From assembly GCA_052437175.1 (NCBI GenBank), contig JBQVOK010000005.1:28224-92223 (forward strand): a DNA stretch of 64,000 bases, given 5' to 3'. How positions within the stretch are numbered: the first letter of the stretch is position 1; each line of letters starts with the position of its first letter. Source of the stretch: Flavobacteriales bacterium. Lineage in GTDB: Bacteria; Bacteroidota; Bacteroidia; CAIKAF01. The notes under the pieces were generated by a model. It was not told the DNA's origin, made no database searches, and worked only from the letters and a program-made list of their open reading frames with translations. Positions 38,653 through 50,100 of this stretch are shown in pieces. The translations under genes were made by a program, and so were the position numbers.

Positions 38653-40710
38653 ATGAGAAAAACCGTACTTCTTTTCCTTATGCTGTTCTCTGCGGCATAC
38701 GGGGCCATGGGGCAGGGCACGTCCTGCAGCAATGCCACTCCGGTAACCCCGGGCAGCTACACCGCCCCGCAGCCCAACAGCTGGTACACCTTTGTGCCCA
38801 CACAGCCGGGAATTTACCGGATATACACCTGCCAGCAGAGTTCCTGCGATACCAAGATCTATGTGTATGACTACTGCGTGGGCCTGAACCCGACCGAAAA
38901 CAACCTGGCCACCGTGCTTTACAACGACGATGCCTGCAGCCTGCAGAGCGAAGTACAGGGCATTCTGCAGCCGGGCACCACCTATTACATCCGTATCGAC
39001 GACTACAACAACCAGTGCAACGGGCAGACCATTAACTGGACCCTGCAGTACATCGGGCAGATATCGGGCTGTACAGACCCGAACGCCTGTAACTACAACC
39101 CCGAGGCCACCTTAGATAACGGTTCCTGCGTGTATGCGCCCAGTCCGCTGTGCCCCACGCCCGACCTTACCGTGGTGCAGAGCGCCATGGAAAGTTCGCT
39201 GAGTATGGATACCCGTAATGCCGACCAGTGTTCTGTGGAAGAAGGCTGCCTGAACGGGTACGGACTGCGCGACATCATCCGTTTTACCACACATATCAAA
39301 AATGTGGGGAATGCCGATTATTACATCGGGCAGGCGAATCCTTCGAACCCCCAGTTCGACTACATAAACTGCCACCAGCACGCACATTACGTAGGCTATG
39401 CCAAATACGAACTGTACGACCTGAACGGGAACGAGATACCCATCGGCTTTAAGAACGGGTTCTGTGTAATGGACCTGGAATGCAGCGGTGGCGGCTCATC
39501 GCAGTACGGCTGCGGGAATATGGGTATTTCGCACGGCTGCGGCGATATCTATGGCGCCGGGCTCGACTGCCAGTGGGTAGATATTACCGATGTAGACACC
39601 GGTACCTATCACCTGGTGATAAAGGTAAACTGGGACCATAGCCCCGATTATACCGGCAAGTACGAAACCACCTACGATAACAACTTTGCTTCTGTTTGTA
39701 TCCGCCTGGCGCGCGACGCACAGGGTATCCCGTCCTTCAGCGTGGTGCAGGGCTGTGCCCCGGTGGTAGACTGTATGGGCGTACAGTTCGGTAATGCACA
39801 GACTGACTGTAACGGCGTTTGTAACGGTACCGCCATCCGTGGAGATATGAACAGCGACCTGGCCCTGGACCAGAGCGATGCCTCGCTGTACAACCAGAAC
39901 CTGATCTCGGGGAACCTGCAGCAGGTGATCTGTAACGATATGGACGCCGACGGCACCTGGACCGTACATGATGCGGCCCTGATCAACAACTGCTCCCTGA
40001 ACGAGCATCCCATCAACAACCCCTGCGACTGGCCTTTCGGTATTACCAATAACCAGCAGACCAGCGAACTTTCGATCATTGGTTACAACTGGAACCAGCA
40101 GTACATCGACATCGGCATAAAAAATGCCACCCACAGTGTGCTGGCCTACCAGTTCCGGGTGAGCGGCATCGAGATACAATCGGCACAGAACCTGGCCAAT
40201 CCGCTGCAGTACAATATTACACCGCAGTTCCAGGTAAACGGCACAGAAGTGATCGGTATGTCGTACCAGGAAATGAAACTGGATACCTCGGCCGTACTGC
40301 AACCCCTGGTGCGCCTGTTCTTTAACAATATTACCGCAGAACAGATCTGCATCGATACCATTGTAGACATTGTGAACTCCCGTTACGAGGCTACGCTGAA
40401 GACGATCACCGGCAACTGCCTCATCTCGCCCTATGCGTCGGTAACGGAATACAACAAAGCCCTGCAGGCAGAGATTTTCCCGAACCCGGCTTCGGACCTG
40501 CTGAACATTAAAGTGAGTGCCGTACAGGCCGGTGAGATCCGTATGCGTATCCTGGACGTATCGGGCCGTGTGGTGCGCACAGCAGAATGGAACGGCAGCG
40601 CCGAACATACCGAAACACTGAACATACAATCGTTTGCCGACGGTCTATATACCCTCGAACTGGATTTTGACGGTGGTAAAGTGGCGAAGAAATTTCTGGT
40701 AAAGAAATAG
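38653..40710 (+). CDS. T9SS-secreted lysyl oxidase family protein
   Basis: Signal peptide; LOX motifs CSVEEGCL, IRFTTHIKNVG, CHQHAH, GFKNGFCVMD, GCGDIY...DCQWVDITDV; dockerin-like Ca-binding pair; CTD IFPNPA...KKFLVKK; TAGGTTTG promoter element at 38621-38628. Confidence 0.9.
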   Translation: MRKTVLLFLMLFSAAYGAMGQGTSCSNATPVTPGSYTAPQPNSWYTFVPTQPGIYRIYTCQQSSCDTKIYVYDYCVGLNPTENNLATVLYNDDACSLQSEVQGILQPGTTYYIRIDDYNNQCNGQTINWTLQYIGQISGCTDPNACNYNPEATLDNGSCVYAPSPLCPTPDLTVVQSAMESSLSMDTRNADQCSVEEGCLNGYGLRDIIRFTTHIKNVGNADYYIGQANPSNPQFDYINCHQHAHYVGYAKYELYDLNGNEIPIGFKNGFCVMDLECSGGGSSQYGCGNMGISHGCGDIYGAGLDCQWVDITDVDTGTYHLVIKVNWDHSPDYTGKYETTYDNNFASVCIRLARDAQGIPSFSVVQGCAPVVDCMGVQFGNAQTDCNGVCNGTAIRGDMNSDLALDQSDASLYNQNLISGNLQQVICNDMDADGTWTVHDAALINNCSLNEHPINNPCDWPFGITNNQQTSELSIIGYNWNQQYIDIGIKNATHSVLAYQFRVSGIEIQSAQNLANPLQYNITPQFQVNGTEVIGMSYQEMKLDTSAVLQPLVRLFFNNITAEQICIDTIVDIVNSRYEATLKTITGNCLISPYASVTEYNKALQAEIFPNPASDLLNIKVSAVQAGEIRMRILDVSGRVVRTAEWNGSAEHTETLNIQSFADGLYTLELDFDGGKVAKKFLVKK

Positions 40711-40728
40711 AAGCCTGTGAAACTATGA

Positions 40729-40762
40729 AAAAGGAAACCCCCGCTTAAAACGGGGGTTTTTT
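40729..40762. terminator. Bidirectional terminator downstream of LOX and of the micro-ORF element
   Basis: AAACCCCCG-loop-CGGGGGTTTTTT with an A run on the left side. Confidence 0.85.
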
Positions 40763-40771
40763 CGTATGTGT

Positions 40772-40900
40772 ACTGCCGCAGAAAGCTACGGCAACAGGTT
40801 GTAATAATAAGGGAGGCGGATCATCCGGTGATGTATGCGGGCAGGAGAGGACTGCGAGCCGGGAAACGCCATACCATTACACGAACGAACGTGAATTCAT
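40772..40900 (-). other. Candidate small transcript: structured RNA and/or three coupled micro-ORFs
   Basis: ORFs 40900-40877 MNSRSFV(TAA), 40877-40821 MVWRFPARSPLLPAYITG(TGA), 40824-40786 MIRLPYYYNLLP(TAG); closing stem TGTAATGGTA/TATTATTACA; 3' hairpin TGCCGTAG-CTTT-CTGCGGCA; -7-like CATTTTTG ending 4 nt before the first ATG. Confidence 0.6.
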
Positions 40901-40998
40901 ATACAAAAATGCGAAAAAACAGGCTACAGGGGCTTGTTGTTTAAGATCGGGGTGCTGATATCCCCGGCAGACTTCTACATTATTACTGCCCGGAAAAA

Positions 40999-41874
40999 CT
41001 ATAAATGCTGCCGGCGGATCTGCTCGCGGAAGCCGGTAAAGTCGATGCCCTTCATCTTCTTAAAGAACTTGGAAAAATGCGCAGGATCGTCGAAGCCCAG
41101 TGCAAAAGCCGTTTCCTTGGTGGTCATATCGCTGTGGGTGGCGTAACGCATGGCTTCGAGGGAGAGACGGTTCTGTATGTGCTCCTTGGCGCTGGCCCCG
41201 CTGGCTTCTTTTACCACTTCGTTTAGGTAATTGGGCGTAATGTTTTGCAGGCTGGCGTATTCGGCCACTTTGTGTTTCTGGTGAAAATGATTGTCCAGGT
41301 TATCGAGAAAGGATTTCAGGATGCGGTTCTCGTTCCGGTTCTCTATTTCGTTGGGGATAAGCCCTTTGATGCGGCTGCATTCGATAAGGAAGAGGCGCAG
41401 GTAAGAGGCGGCGGCTTCCAGGTAAAAATCGTGCGAGGGATCGGTTTCGGCAATGGCCTTGACGCAGAGTTCTACGAGGGCGGCTCTTTTATCGGCCGGG
41501 ATAAAAAGCGGTTCGGCCTGTGTACAGCCCGTGAAAAGGCCCAGGGCCTGTAAAAAGCGAGGGTTGATGCCGCAGGCCTGCAGGAATTCTTCGGTAAACA
41601 GGAAAAGATAGCCCTGCACACCCGGATCGGAGCGGAACCAGTGTACCTGCTGCGGGCTTACGAAATGCACATACTGATCTTCGATCGGGAAATCGGTAAA
41701 GTCGATCTGGTGAATGCCCGAGCCCCTGGTGATCCACAGCACGGTGAAAAAATTGTGCCGGTGCGGGGTTCCTTCAGGGTTCTTCTTGCCCGTTTCTTCC
41801 TGTTGCAGGGTTTTGGCCACAAAGCCGGAAGGCAGATCAATTTTCGGGATGCGGATTTGAGGACTTGCCAACAT
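40999..41874 (-). CDS. AraC family transcriptional regulator
   Basis: Cupin PHRHNFFTVLWI...HQIDF, C-terminal HTH TPNYLNEVVK...LGFDDPAHFSKFFKK; start 41874 preferred. Confidence 0.93.
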   Translation of the reverse strand: MLASPQIRIPKIDLPSGFVAKTLQQEETGKKNPEGTPHRHNFFTVLWITRGSGIHQIDFTDFPIEDQYVHFVSPQQVHWFRSDPGVQGYLFLFTEEFLQACGINPRFLQALGLFTGCTQAEPLFIPADKRAALVELCVKAIAETDPSHDFYLEAAASYLRLFLIECSRIKGLIPNEIENRNENRILKSFLDNLDNHFHQKHKVAEYASLQNITPNYLNEVVKEASGASAKEHIQNRLSLEAMRYATHSDMTTKETAFALGFDDPAHFSKFFKKMKGIDFTGFREQIRRQHL

Positions 41875-42089
41875 GGTATAAAGATACAAATTCAGTAAGA
41901 AAAGGCTAACGTAAAAGGAAAATGAATGAAAATTAACTTTATATAGAATCAGGCATATAAAAAACTCCGTCACAAACAGGTTAAATTTCGCTGAAAAAAA
42001 AGTTACTTTTTTCTACGCGGAAACTTTTAGAATCACAAAGTTGGTTGTTTCTTTGCGACCGGAATACTCTAATCACATACTATCACCAC

Positions 42090-45000
42090 ATGCATACAAG
42101 ACATTGGCCGGGTGCGCTTTTGCCTCTGCTTTTTTTTATTACCCTACAGGGGAGTGGTCTGTACGGACAGTTTAATATCAATGCCGGATCCACCAACTAC
42201 ACACAAGATTTCAATACGTTAACCAATGGTGCATGGAGCAACAATACCACACTGAGTGGCTGGTATGCCCGAACAGATGCTACAGCGTCCATTTCTACGT
42301 ATGGTAGTAACACGGGTACTACCACTGCCGCCGGACTGTATGCTTTCGGAATTTCAGCAACCAACCCGCTCATTGATAGGTCATTGGGCTACGGCCCCTC
42401 GAATGCCTATACAGGTGGATCAGGTACAGGTCGTGGTTACATAGCCTGGCGTCTGAAAAACAATACAGGCAGTACCATCACATCGCTCAGCGTTACGTAT
42501 ACCGGGGAACAGTGGCGGAAAGATAATACGGTGGCCCAGAGTCTTACTGTGTCCTACCAGACGGGAACCACGGTAACCGACGTAACGGCTGGTACCTGGA
42601 CAAATATCCCATCGCTGACGTTCAACTCGCCGGTTTTTACTTCGGGTACTACGGCACTTGACGGGAATGCCGCAGCCAACCGCACGGCCGGGCTTACCGC
42701 AACCATTTCACTAAGCCTGGCTGCGGGGGATGAGATCATGATCCGCTGGATCGATCTGAATGATTCAGGTAATGACCATTTCCTGGCGATCGACGATGTA
42801 ACTATAAACGCAACGGTCTCTGCACCAGCCCTCAGCCCGGAGATCGATATCACCGGCAACGGTACTTCCATTGCCAGTAATGATCTGGTTCCTTCTGCAG
42901 CCGACCATACCGATTTCGGTGCCACACCCGTGGCCGGCGGTACCGTAACACGCACTTTTACTATACAGAATACAGGCACGGGGCCGCTTACGCTCAGCGC
43001 CGCATCGCCTTACGTAACCATAAGCGGTGCCCATGCGGCCGATTTTACGGTGACGGCTATTCCGTCCACACCCATTGCCGCCCCGGGCAGTACCACCTTC
43101 CAGCTTACGTTCGATCCTTCTGCCGCAGGCACACGCAGCGCCAGCATCAGTATTGCCAATGATGATGCTGACGAAAATCCATACATATTTGCCATACAGG
43201 GCACCGGCAGCGTTCCGGCCCCGGAGATCAACCTTACGGGCAACTCGGTTTCCATCGCCAATAACGATCTTAGTCCTTCTGCGGGAGACCATACCGATTT
43301 TGGTTCTGCACTGGTGCTTTCGGGCAGTGTCGTACGTACGTTCACGATCGAGAACCAGGGCCTGGCTACCTTGAACCTGACAGGTGTATCGCCTTACGTA
43401 AGCATAAGTGGCGCCCATGCGGCCGATTTTACACTTACGGCCATTCCCTCTACGCCCATAGCTGCTTCGGGCAGTACCACGTTCCAGGTAACGTTTGCGC
43501 CGTCGGCCCCCGGTCTGCGTACCGCCACCCTGAGCATTGCCAGTGACGATGCAGATGAAAATCCCTACCTGTTTGCGATACAGGGTACCGGCGCCAACAG
43601 CGCGCTTTCAGACATTATCGATGATGCCGCGTTCAGCTATAATTCCGATATTGACTATACGCAATACCAGGCGCCCGCCATTACCAATACCTCCAGCAGT
43701 GTAGGCGTGTTTCGTTTTACGATACGCGACGGCGGGGCGGCTGCTTCCGACGCGGATACCTACGGAACTACCCTGAACGCTATTACTTTTAACGTGACCA
43801 ATATAGCCAACCTGCGTTCCGCCGCGCTTTTCGACGGAAATGCCATGCTGGCGAACAATCCCGTGATCGGCGGCAGTAGCATCAGCTTCAGCGGGCTCAG
43901 CGGCAGCAGTTTTACGGCACCCGATAACGGCAGCCAGGACCTGACGCTGCGTGTATCTTTTCTCACCACCGTTAGCGATAACCAGCAGTTACAGTTTACC
44001 ATAAGTTCGGCTACGGCCAGTGCTTCCGGTTCGGTATTCGCCCTGGCCAATGCGGGCGGAGCGGCTTCGAGCACAAGCGGCAACCGCAACCGCATAGAGG
44101 TTACAGCCGATCGCCTGGCCTTTGTACAGCAGCCGTCCACTACGTCAGAGAACGTCTCTATGAGTCCGGCCGTAACGCTGAGCGCCACGGATGTAAACGG
44201 CAACCGCGACCTGGATTATGTTTCCGCGGTAAGTATTACCTCCACCGGTACTATGACAGGTTCGCCACTGAGCGCTTCGGCGGCTTCGGGACTGGCTACC
44301 TTCGGGAGTGTGGTACATACCGTTTCCGGAACGGGGTTCACGCTGCAGGCCACAGCTCCCGGACTGCTGTCTGCTACCAGCACAACGTTTGACATCAATA
44401 CGGTGCCGGCCAACAGTTACCGCACCACGTCCAACGGTACCTGGCCTTCTTCGGGCACGGCCAGCTGGGAGCGTTTTGTTTCCGGCGTATGGACCGCCTC
44501 TGCAGCGCCTGCGGCCAATACCACCAGCAACCTGTACATACGTCATACCATAACCAGTAATGCGGCTTTTGCGGCAGCTGCACCGGGTACGACCATGATC
44601 ATCGAGAACAATGGTAATTTTACCGGAGCGCACAACTGCACCTACGCTTCGCTCACCGTAAAATCCGGCGGCGTTATGCAGGTAAATAACCCGGCGGTCA
44701 CGGTAAGCAGCAGCGGTGTGATCCGTGCAGAAAGCGGAGCCCTTATTGTATTGAATTCCACAACACTCGATAACAGCGACGGTTTCTGGGACGGTACAGA
44801 AGATTTCCAGGCCGGTTCTACCGTAGAACTGCGTAACTGGGACTGGGATGCCGGCAGCAGTGCCAACCGCCTTATCAGTAACCCCAGCCAGATATCCGCA
44901 AACAGCGACGGGTACCTGTTCGGCAACTTCTATTTTAATGCCAATCCCGGCGAAACGTTCAATTTTATACAGAGCATTCCTTTCTCCGGTACCTTCCTGA

Positions 45001-46922
45001 AACTCACCAAAAACGATCTTATTATAAATAATGCTTCTGTTTCTGCGGCGCAGCTGGTAAATACCGACCAGGACGTGGAAATAGGCGGAACTGTGCGAGT
45101 AGAAGCGGGCGAATTCCGTTTTGCGGCCGTTACAGCCGTAGAAGTAGCACATACGGTAAAGGGCAATATCGAGATGACGGCCGGCACTACCAACCTGAAT
45201 CCGACCAACAGCTCCCTGGGCGGCTGCGTGGTGAACCTGGAAGGCGACCTGATCTTGTCCGGCGGAACCATTACCACGGCTGACATTACCGCTACCGGCC
45301 TGAAATTTTCGGGTACGGTACTGCAGAATATCGACGTAAAAAACACCGTGGCCATGAGCGGCCTTAAAATGGAAGTGCTCAGCGGAGCCAATGTACAACT
45401 CATAAACCAGGACCTGCGCCTGGGTAATAACAGCGACCTGACCGTGCGCTCAGGCGGTGTTTTCAGTTTTAATTTCAGCGCGGCCAATACGCCGCTGAAC
45501 ATAACCGAGATCAGTGCGGCCAATACCACGGCTTTTGCGGTAGAGAGCGGCGGTACGATCAAAATAACGTCAGACCATAACGGTGGTGCTCTGCGCAGCG
45601 GAGTTACCCTTTCGGGGAATGTACAGACGGATACCCGTACGTTCAATGCCGGCGCTACCTATCATTTTATAGGAAAAGCGGCCCAGGTACCGGGCAACGG
45701 TATGCCCAGCCCGGTTTCCGGCAGGGTGATCACCGAACTGGATAATGCCTCACTGGCCCTCAGCCTGGATATGTCGCGCCAGATCAGCGGCACCCTGCAG
45801 ATGATACAGGGAGACATCGTAACCGGCAGTTACCTGCTGGAACTGGGTATATCCACCGCACAGACGGGAACCCTGAATTATACAGATGGTTATGTGCTGG
45901 GTACCATGAAGCGCTGGTTCAACGGCAGCAACAGCGGTGCTGCCAGCGGCCTGTTCCCCTTTGGCGTGGGTGGGTACGATCGTTTTGTAACCGTGGAGTA
46001 CACCGCAGCTCCGGTAACGGGCGGGTCACTTACCGGGCATTTTGAACCCGTACCGATGGGTCTTAACGGTCTGCCCCTGAATATTGCCGCAGCCGGTTCC
46101 TGTGTGGCTTTTTCCGCAGAAAATACCCAAAGTGAAGGCTACTGGCAGATGGATGCCAACGACGGCCTGAATGGCGGCAGCTACGATATAACCCTGGTGG
46201 GTGAAAATTTCAGCGGGATTACGTCCCTGTGCGAACTCACCGCACTAAAACGCAACGGCGGCGGGCCCTGGCAGGAAAGCGGTGTACACCAGCAGCCGCA
46301 GGGCACACTGAGCAGACCTGTGCTGCAACGCACAGGCGCTTCCGGATGGAGCAACTGGGGCTTCAGCGGAGGTATTCCCAACCCGCTGCCGGTAACCCTG
46401 GGTGAGCTGGAAGTGGTCTGTAACGAAGACGGGAAAGCCCGCCTGGTATGGAGCACCTACAGCGAAGTAAATAATGCCTATTTCGAGATCGAAGAGGGCC
46501 GTACTCCGTATGTATTTGAAAAAGCAGGTACGGTAAGCGGTGCCGGGAATTCAAACGAACTCAATACCTACAGCTTTGAACTGCCGCAGGCTGATATGCA
46601 TTACGTGCGCCTGCGCCAGGTAGACTTTAATGGTACAGAAACCCTGTATGGTCCGCTGGGCGTACATTGCGGAAAGGCTTCCTTTGCCTGGGAGCCCGTA
46701 TGGAACGGCAGCGTACTGCAGATAATGTTCGATGGAACGGCGCCCGGTCCGTATACCATACGTATTCTGGATATGGCGGGCCGCACTCTTGTACAGAGTA
46801 AACATAAAAGCGAAGGCGGAAGCACCTGGCAGCGCAACATGCAGGACCTGAAACCGGGCATATACATCCTTACGGTAAATGACGGTCAGCAGGACCATAG
46901 CCGGAAATTCCTGAAACAATAA
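42090..46922 (+). CDS. Large T9SS-secreted surface protein with two choice-of-anchor D (ASH-like Ig) domains
   Basis: Signal peptide, jelly-roll-like N-domain, two PEI..GN...DFG...DENPY.FAIQGTG domains, beta-helix-like region, PLPVTL motif, CTD ending LKPGIY...RKFLKQ. Confidence 0.88.
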   Translation: MHTRHWPGALLPLLFFITLQGSGLYGQFNINAGSTNYTQDFNTLTNGAWSNNTTLSGWYARTDATASISTYGSNTGTTTAAGLYAFGISATNPLIDRSLGYGPSNAYTGGSGTGRGYIAWRLKNNTGSTITSLSVTYTGEQWRKDNTVAQSLTVSYQTGTTVTDVTAGTWTNIPSLTFNSPVFTSGTTALDGNAAANRTAGLTATISLSLAAGDEIMIRWIDLNDSGNDHFLAIDDVTINATVSAPALSPEIDITGNGTSIASNDLVPSAADHTDFGATPVAGGTVTRTFTIQNTGTGPLTLSAASPYVTISGAHAADFTVTAIPSTPIAAPGSTTFQLTFDPSAAGTRSASISIANDDADENPYIFAIQGTGSVPAPEINLTGNSVSIANNDLSPSAGDHTDFGSALVLSGSVVRTFTIENQGLATLNLTGVSPYVSISGAHAADFTLTAIPSTPIAASGSTTFQVTFAPSAPGLRTATLSIASDDADENPYLFAIQGTGANSALSDIIDDAAFSYNSDIDYTQYQAPAITNTSSSVGVFRFTIRDGGAAASDADTYGTTLNAITFNVTNIANLRSAALFDGNAMLANNPVIGGSSISFSGLSGSSFTAPDNGSQDLTLRVSFLTTVSDNQQLQFTISSATASASGSVFALANAGGAASSTSGNRNRIEVTADRLAFVQQPSTTSENVSMSPAVTLSATDVNGNRDLDYVSAVSITSTGTMTGSPLSASAASGLATFGSVVHTVSGTGFTLQATAPGLLSATSTTFDINTVPANSYRTTSNGTWPSSGTASWERFVSGVWTASAAPAANTTSNLYIRHTITSNAAFAAAAPGTTMIIENNGNFTGAHNCTYASLTVKSGGVMQVNNPAVTVSSSGVIRAESGALIVLNSTTLDNSDGFWDGTEDFQAGSTVELRNWDWDAGSSANRLISNPSQISANSDGYLFGNFYFNANPGETFNFIQSIPFSGTFLKLTKNDLIINNASVSAAQLVNTDQDVEIGGTVRVEAGEFRFAAVTAVEVAHTVKGNIEMTAGTTNLNPTNSSLGGCVVNLEGDLILSGGTITTADITATGLKFSGTVLQNIDVKNTVAMSGLKMEVLSGANVQLINQDLRLGNNSDLTVRSGGVFSFNFSAANTPLNITEISAANTTAFAVESGGTIKITSDHNGGALRSGVTLSGNVQTDTRTFNAGATYHFIGKAAQVPGNGMPSPVSGRVITELDNASLALSLDMSRQISGTLQMIQGDIVTGSYLLELGISTAQTGTLNYTDGYVLGTMKRWFNGSNSGAASGLFPFGVGGYDRFVTVEYTAAPVTGGSLTGHFEPVPMGLNGLPLNIAAAGSCVAFSAENTQSEGYWQMDANDGLNGGSYDITLVGENFSGITSLCELTALKRNGGGPWQESGVHQQPQGTLSRPVLQRTGASGWSNWGFSGGIPNPLPVTLGELEVVCNEDGKARLVWSTYSEVNNAYFEIEEGRTPYVFEKAGTVSGAGNSNELNTYSFELPQADMHYVRLRQVDFNGTETLYGPLGVHCGKASFAWEPVWNGSVLQIMFDGTAPGPYTIRILDMAGRTLVQSKHKSEGGSTWQRNMQDLKPGIYILTVNDGQQDHSRKFLKQ
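42837..43592 (+). repeat. Tandem 384-nt domain duplication (2 copies); a third homologous copy lies at 47804-48163
   Basis: Units start at 42837 and 43221 and share DNA stretches such as GACCATACCGATTT and GCCCATGCGGCCGATTTTAC. Confidence 0.88.
45906..46394 (+). repeat. Block shared with 49847-50335
   Basis: Same offset (3941 nt) at both ends; identical runs such as ATGAAGCGCTGGTTCAACGGCAGCAACAGCGG and GGCTACTGGCAGATGGATGCCAACGA. Confidence 0.88.
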
Positions 46923-46953
46923 ACCGCAGGTAAGACCACCACCATAGAACGGA

Positions 46954-46981
46954 GAGGAACCATAGTGTTCCTCTTTTTTTT
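46954..46981 (+). terminator. Intrinsic terminator
   Basis: GAGGAAC-CATAGT-GTTCCTC then T run. Confidence 0.85.
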
Positions 46982-47179
46982 ACAAAAATAAAACAGGCAT
47001 AATATAAAGGCCGGCTAAAGCAAAAGTTGAAAAGCGTTGAATGTGCTGAAAACAGGCAAATACAGGAGTACTAATGCCGTATTCTCCGGTTTAACGCAGA
47101 CTTAAAACAGGGCATATATTCAGGTAGTGTAGACAAGGTTTATTTGTGCGACCAATTCTCTAATCTTAAATCACTACAA

Positions 47180-50100
47180 ATGAATGCACCTAAACGTGTC
47201 CTGTTCTGCCTGTTTATCTGTACCTGTATACTCAGCGGATGGAGCCAGGTAACCCTCACTACCTCACCATACACACAAAACTTTAATACTACTCCGGGGG
47301 CCAGCGGAACCTCGTATCCCGCCGGCTGGAGCAGTTACGACGGAACGGCGGCAGATAATGCCATGATCACAGGTACGGCCAGCAGCACCACCGGCGCCAA
47401 CTACAACTACGGCTCCCGCATCGGCCTCCTGGGCAGCGGATCGGCGTTCGATCCGGGTTCTATCGTGCTGGCCATTACCAATACCAGTAATTTATGCAAC
47501 CTGGAGATATCCTACAACGTTATAAAAATAAGAGAACAAACGCGCGACTGTTCGTTTCACCTGCAATACAGCACCACATCACCCACCAGCGGTTTCAGCA
47601 ATGTAACGGGCGGTACGTATAATTCGGGTACAATTGCACAGAATACCAGCACGGCCTATACCAACCTGGATATTTCGGCACTGGACAACCGCAGCGGGGT
47701 GGTATACCTGCGCTGGTACTATGCCTCCAGCGGCAGTGGCAGCCGCGACGGGTTAGCTTTGGACGATGTATCCATTTCCTGGACCAGCTGCGCATCACCG
47801 GCACCGGAGATCAATATCCGGGGTAACGGCGTAAACATTGCATCGGGTGACCTCACACCCAGCACCACCGATTTTACCGATTTCGGGAGCACGCCGGTGG
47901 GCGGAACCACCATCACACGCAGCTTTACCGTGCAGAACACCGGTACGGCCACACTTACGCTGGGCACACTGTCGATCACAGGTGCCAATGCAGGCGATTT
48001 TTCTGTTGCAACGACTCCGGCAGCCTCGGTAGCCGCCGGTGCTTCCACCACGTTCAGTATCGACTTCGATCCCCAGGCCGTAGGTACGCGCAATGCCGGC
48101 ATCAGCCTGGTGAACAACGATGGCGACGAAAACCCCTATACCTTTGCCATCCGGGGTAACGGAACGGCGTCCTGTACCACACCCGACGCACTGGAATTTA
48201 CCACACAGCCTTCCAATACACAGCAAAGCTCCACGATGAGCGTAGTGCGTGTGCGGGCTTACTGTACCACGAACGGGGTAACTGCCAGCGGCTATACAGG
48301 CCCCGTAACTGTACAGGTACTTACGCCGGGTTGCGGCTATACGGCCCAGACCGTAAATGCCGTGAACGGTATTGCCACATTCAGTTCCATCGTTTTCCAG
48401 CGTAGTCCACAGAGTGGTCTGCAACTGGAAGCCACCGCGCCTTCCCTGACTTCGGATATAAGTTCAGCCTTTAACATATCGGTGTCTCCGGGTACACCGG
48501 TTACCACCACGCTGCGGGATGAAAATTTTGAAGCTTCGCCGGCCATTCCCTGGGCTTACACGGTAGGCACGCCTTCCGGTACCGGTTCAGGCGGATCGTC
48601 CGGTGCCGATGTAACAGGGACTGCCGTCTTCAGCGGAAACACGGTTCTTACCAAAAGTTATTCCGTGGCCAACGGTAGCGGAGAACGGGGGAGTACGAAT
48701 ACCGTAACATTTGCCAATGTAAGCGGTCTTGCTGCGTACAATTACGTAACGTTCAGCTTTAAGGTAGCATCTCTGGGCAGTGGCAGCGGCGCCGGTAACG
48801 ATAACGGCGAAGATTTTGCCCTACAGGTAAGCACCAATAACGGGGGCAGCTGGCAGACCATTCTTACCGAATCGGGCGGAAGTAACCGTCTCTTTAACCT
48901 CTCGGCCGCGCCGGTAACCGGTCTTACACTCAGCAACAGCACCTATGCTTCCGGTTCGCTGAGTGCTTTTTCGATACAACTGAACGGTATAAGCAATTTC
49001 ATGTTCCGTTTTACGGCCAGCAATAACCGCAATAACGAAAACTGGGTGATCGACGATGTACGTCTTACCGGTACGGCTACCCCGGCGGCATCCTCTTTTG
49101 CGCTGCCTACAGCCGATGCGGGCCCGGATGTAATCGTGTGTAACGGTTCCGGAGCACAACTTTCTGTAAACGTAAATTCCTTCCAGGCGCCGCTTACGTA
49201 CAGCTGGACGCCTGCTGCCACCCTGAATAATGCTTCCGTTTCGAACCCGGTGGCTACCCCATCCGCAGCACAGGTATACACTGTAGTGGTAACCGACGCG
49301 CACCAGTGCCGTGCTACCGACCAGGTGAGCGTGAACCTGCACGGTCCGGGCGGTACGCCAGGTCTCTGGACCGGCGCCGACAACCGCGACTGGTTCAACT
49401 GCTTTAACTGGGACGACGGACATATACCGGGCTCAGCCACCGATGTAAACATACCTGTAACCTCTAATGATCCTGAGATCGATGCCCCCGGTGCCACAGC
49501 CAATAACCTTTCTGTAGCCGCCGGCGCACTGCTCGAGATCGACGACCCCGCCGCCACGCTCGATCTCTACGGCAACTATACCAATAACGGGAACCTGCTG
49601 AACAGCAGCGGCGAAGTAAGCGTTACCGGCAGCGGGAATGCCGTTTTCAGCGGCACCGCCTTCTCGTTCTTCCGCCTGCGCATGGACAACCCGGATACAC
49701 TGATCATGAACACACCGATACAGGTAGACAGTCAGTTTGTATTCAGCCAGGGGAACATACGCACACAGGCACATACTTTTACCCTGGGTTCTTCTGTCAC
49801 GCGTACGGGGCTGCTCAGCTACACATCGGGCCATATCACCGGCACGATGAAGCGCTGGTTCAACGGCAGCAACAGCGGAGCGGTGAAAGGTCTTTTTCCT
49901 TTCGGCGTGAACGGCAACGACCGTTTTGTGACGGTGGAATATACTTCGGCACCTGCAAGCGGAGGATCACTGACCGGGCATTTTGAACCGCTGGCCATGG
50001 GCCTGAACGGCTTACCGCTGAGTGTGGCTGCTGCCGGCTCCTGTACCGCATTCTCTGCAGAGAACACACAAAGCGATGGCTACTGGCAGATGGATGCCAA

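Noticed and set aside
40786-40900. Element read as tRNA, SRP RNA or a selenoprotein (TGA read-through)
   Set aside because: No cloverleaf or TTC loop and no CAGG-GNRA-AGCA SRP motif; read-through of the TGA would run through the terminator into the antisense of the LOX gene.
46990-47115. Three AAAACAGG(G)CA copies between the giant genes
   Set aside because: Irregular spacing (59 and 55 nt), and the same word appears in other intergenic regions (about 21320 and 59521); too weak to call an array or operator.
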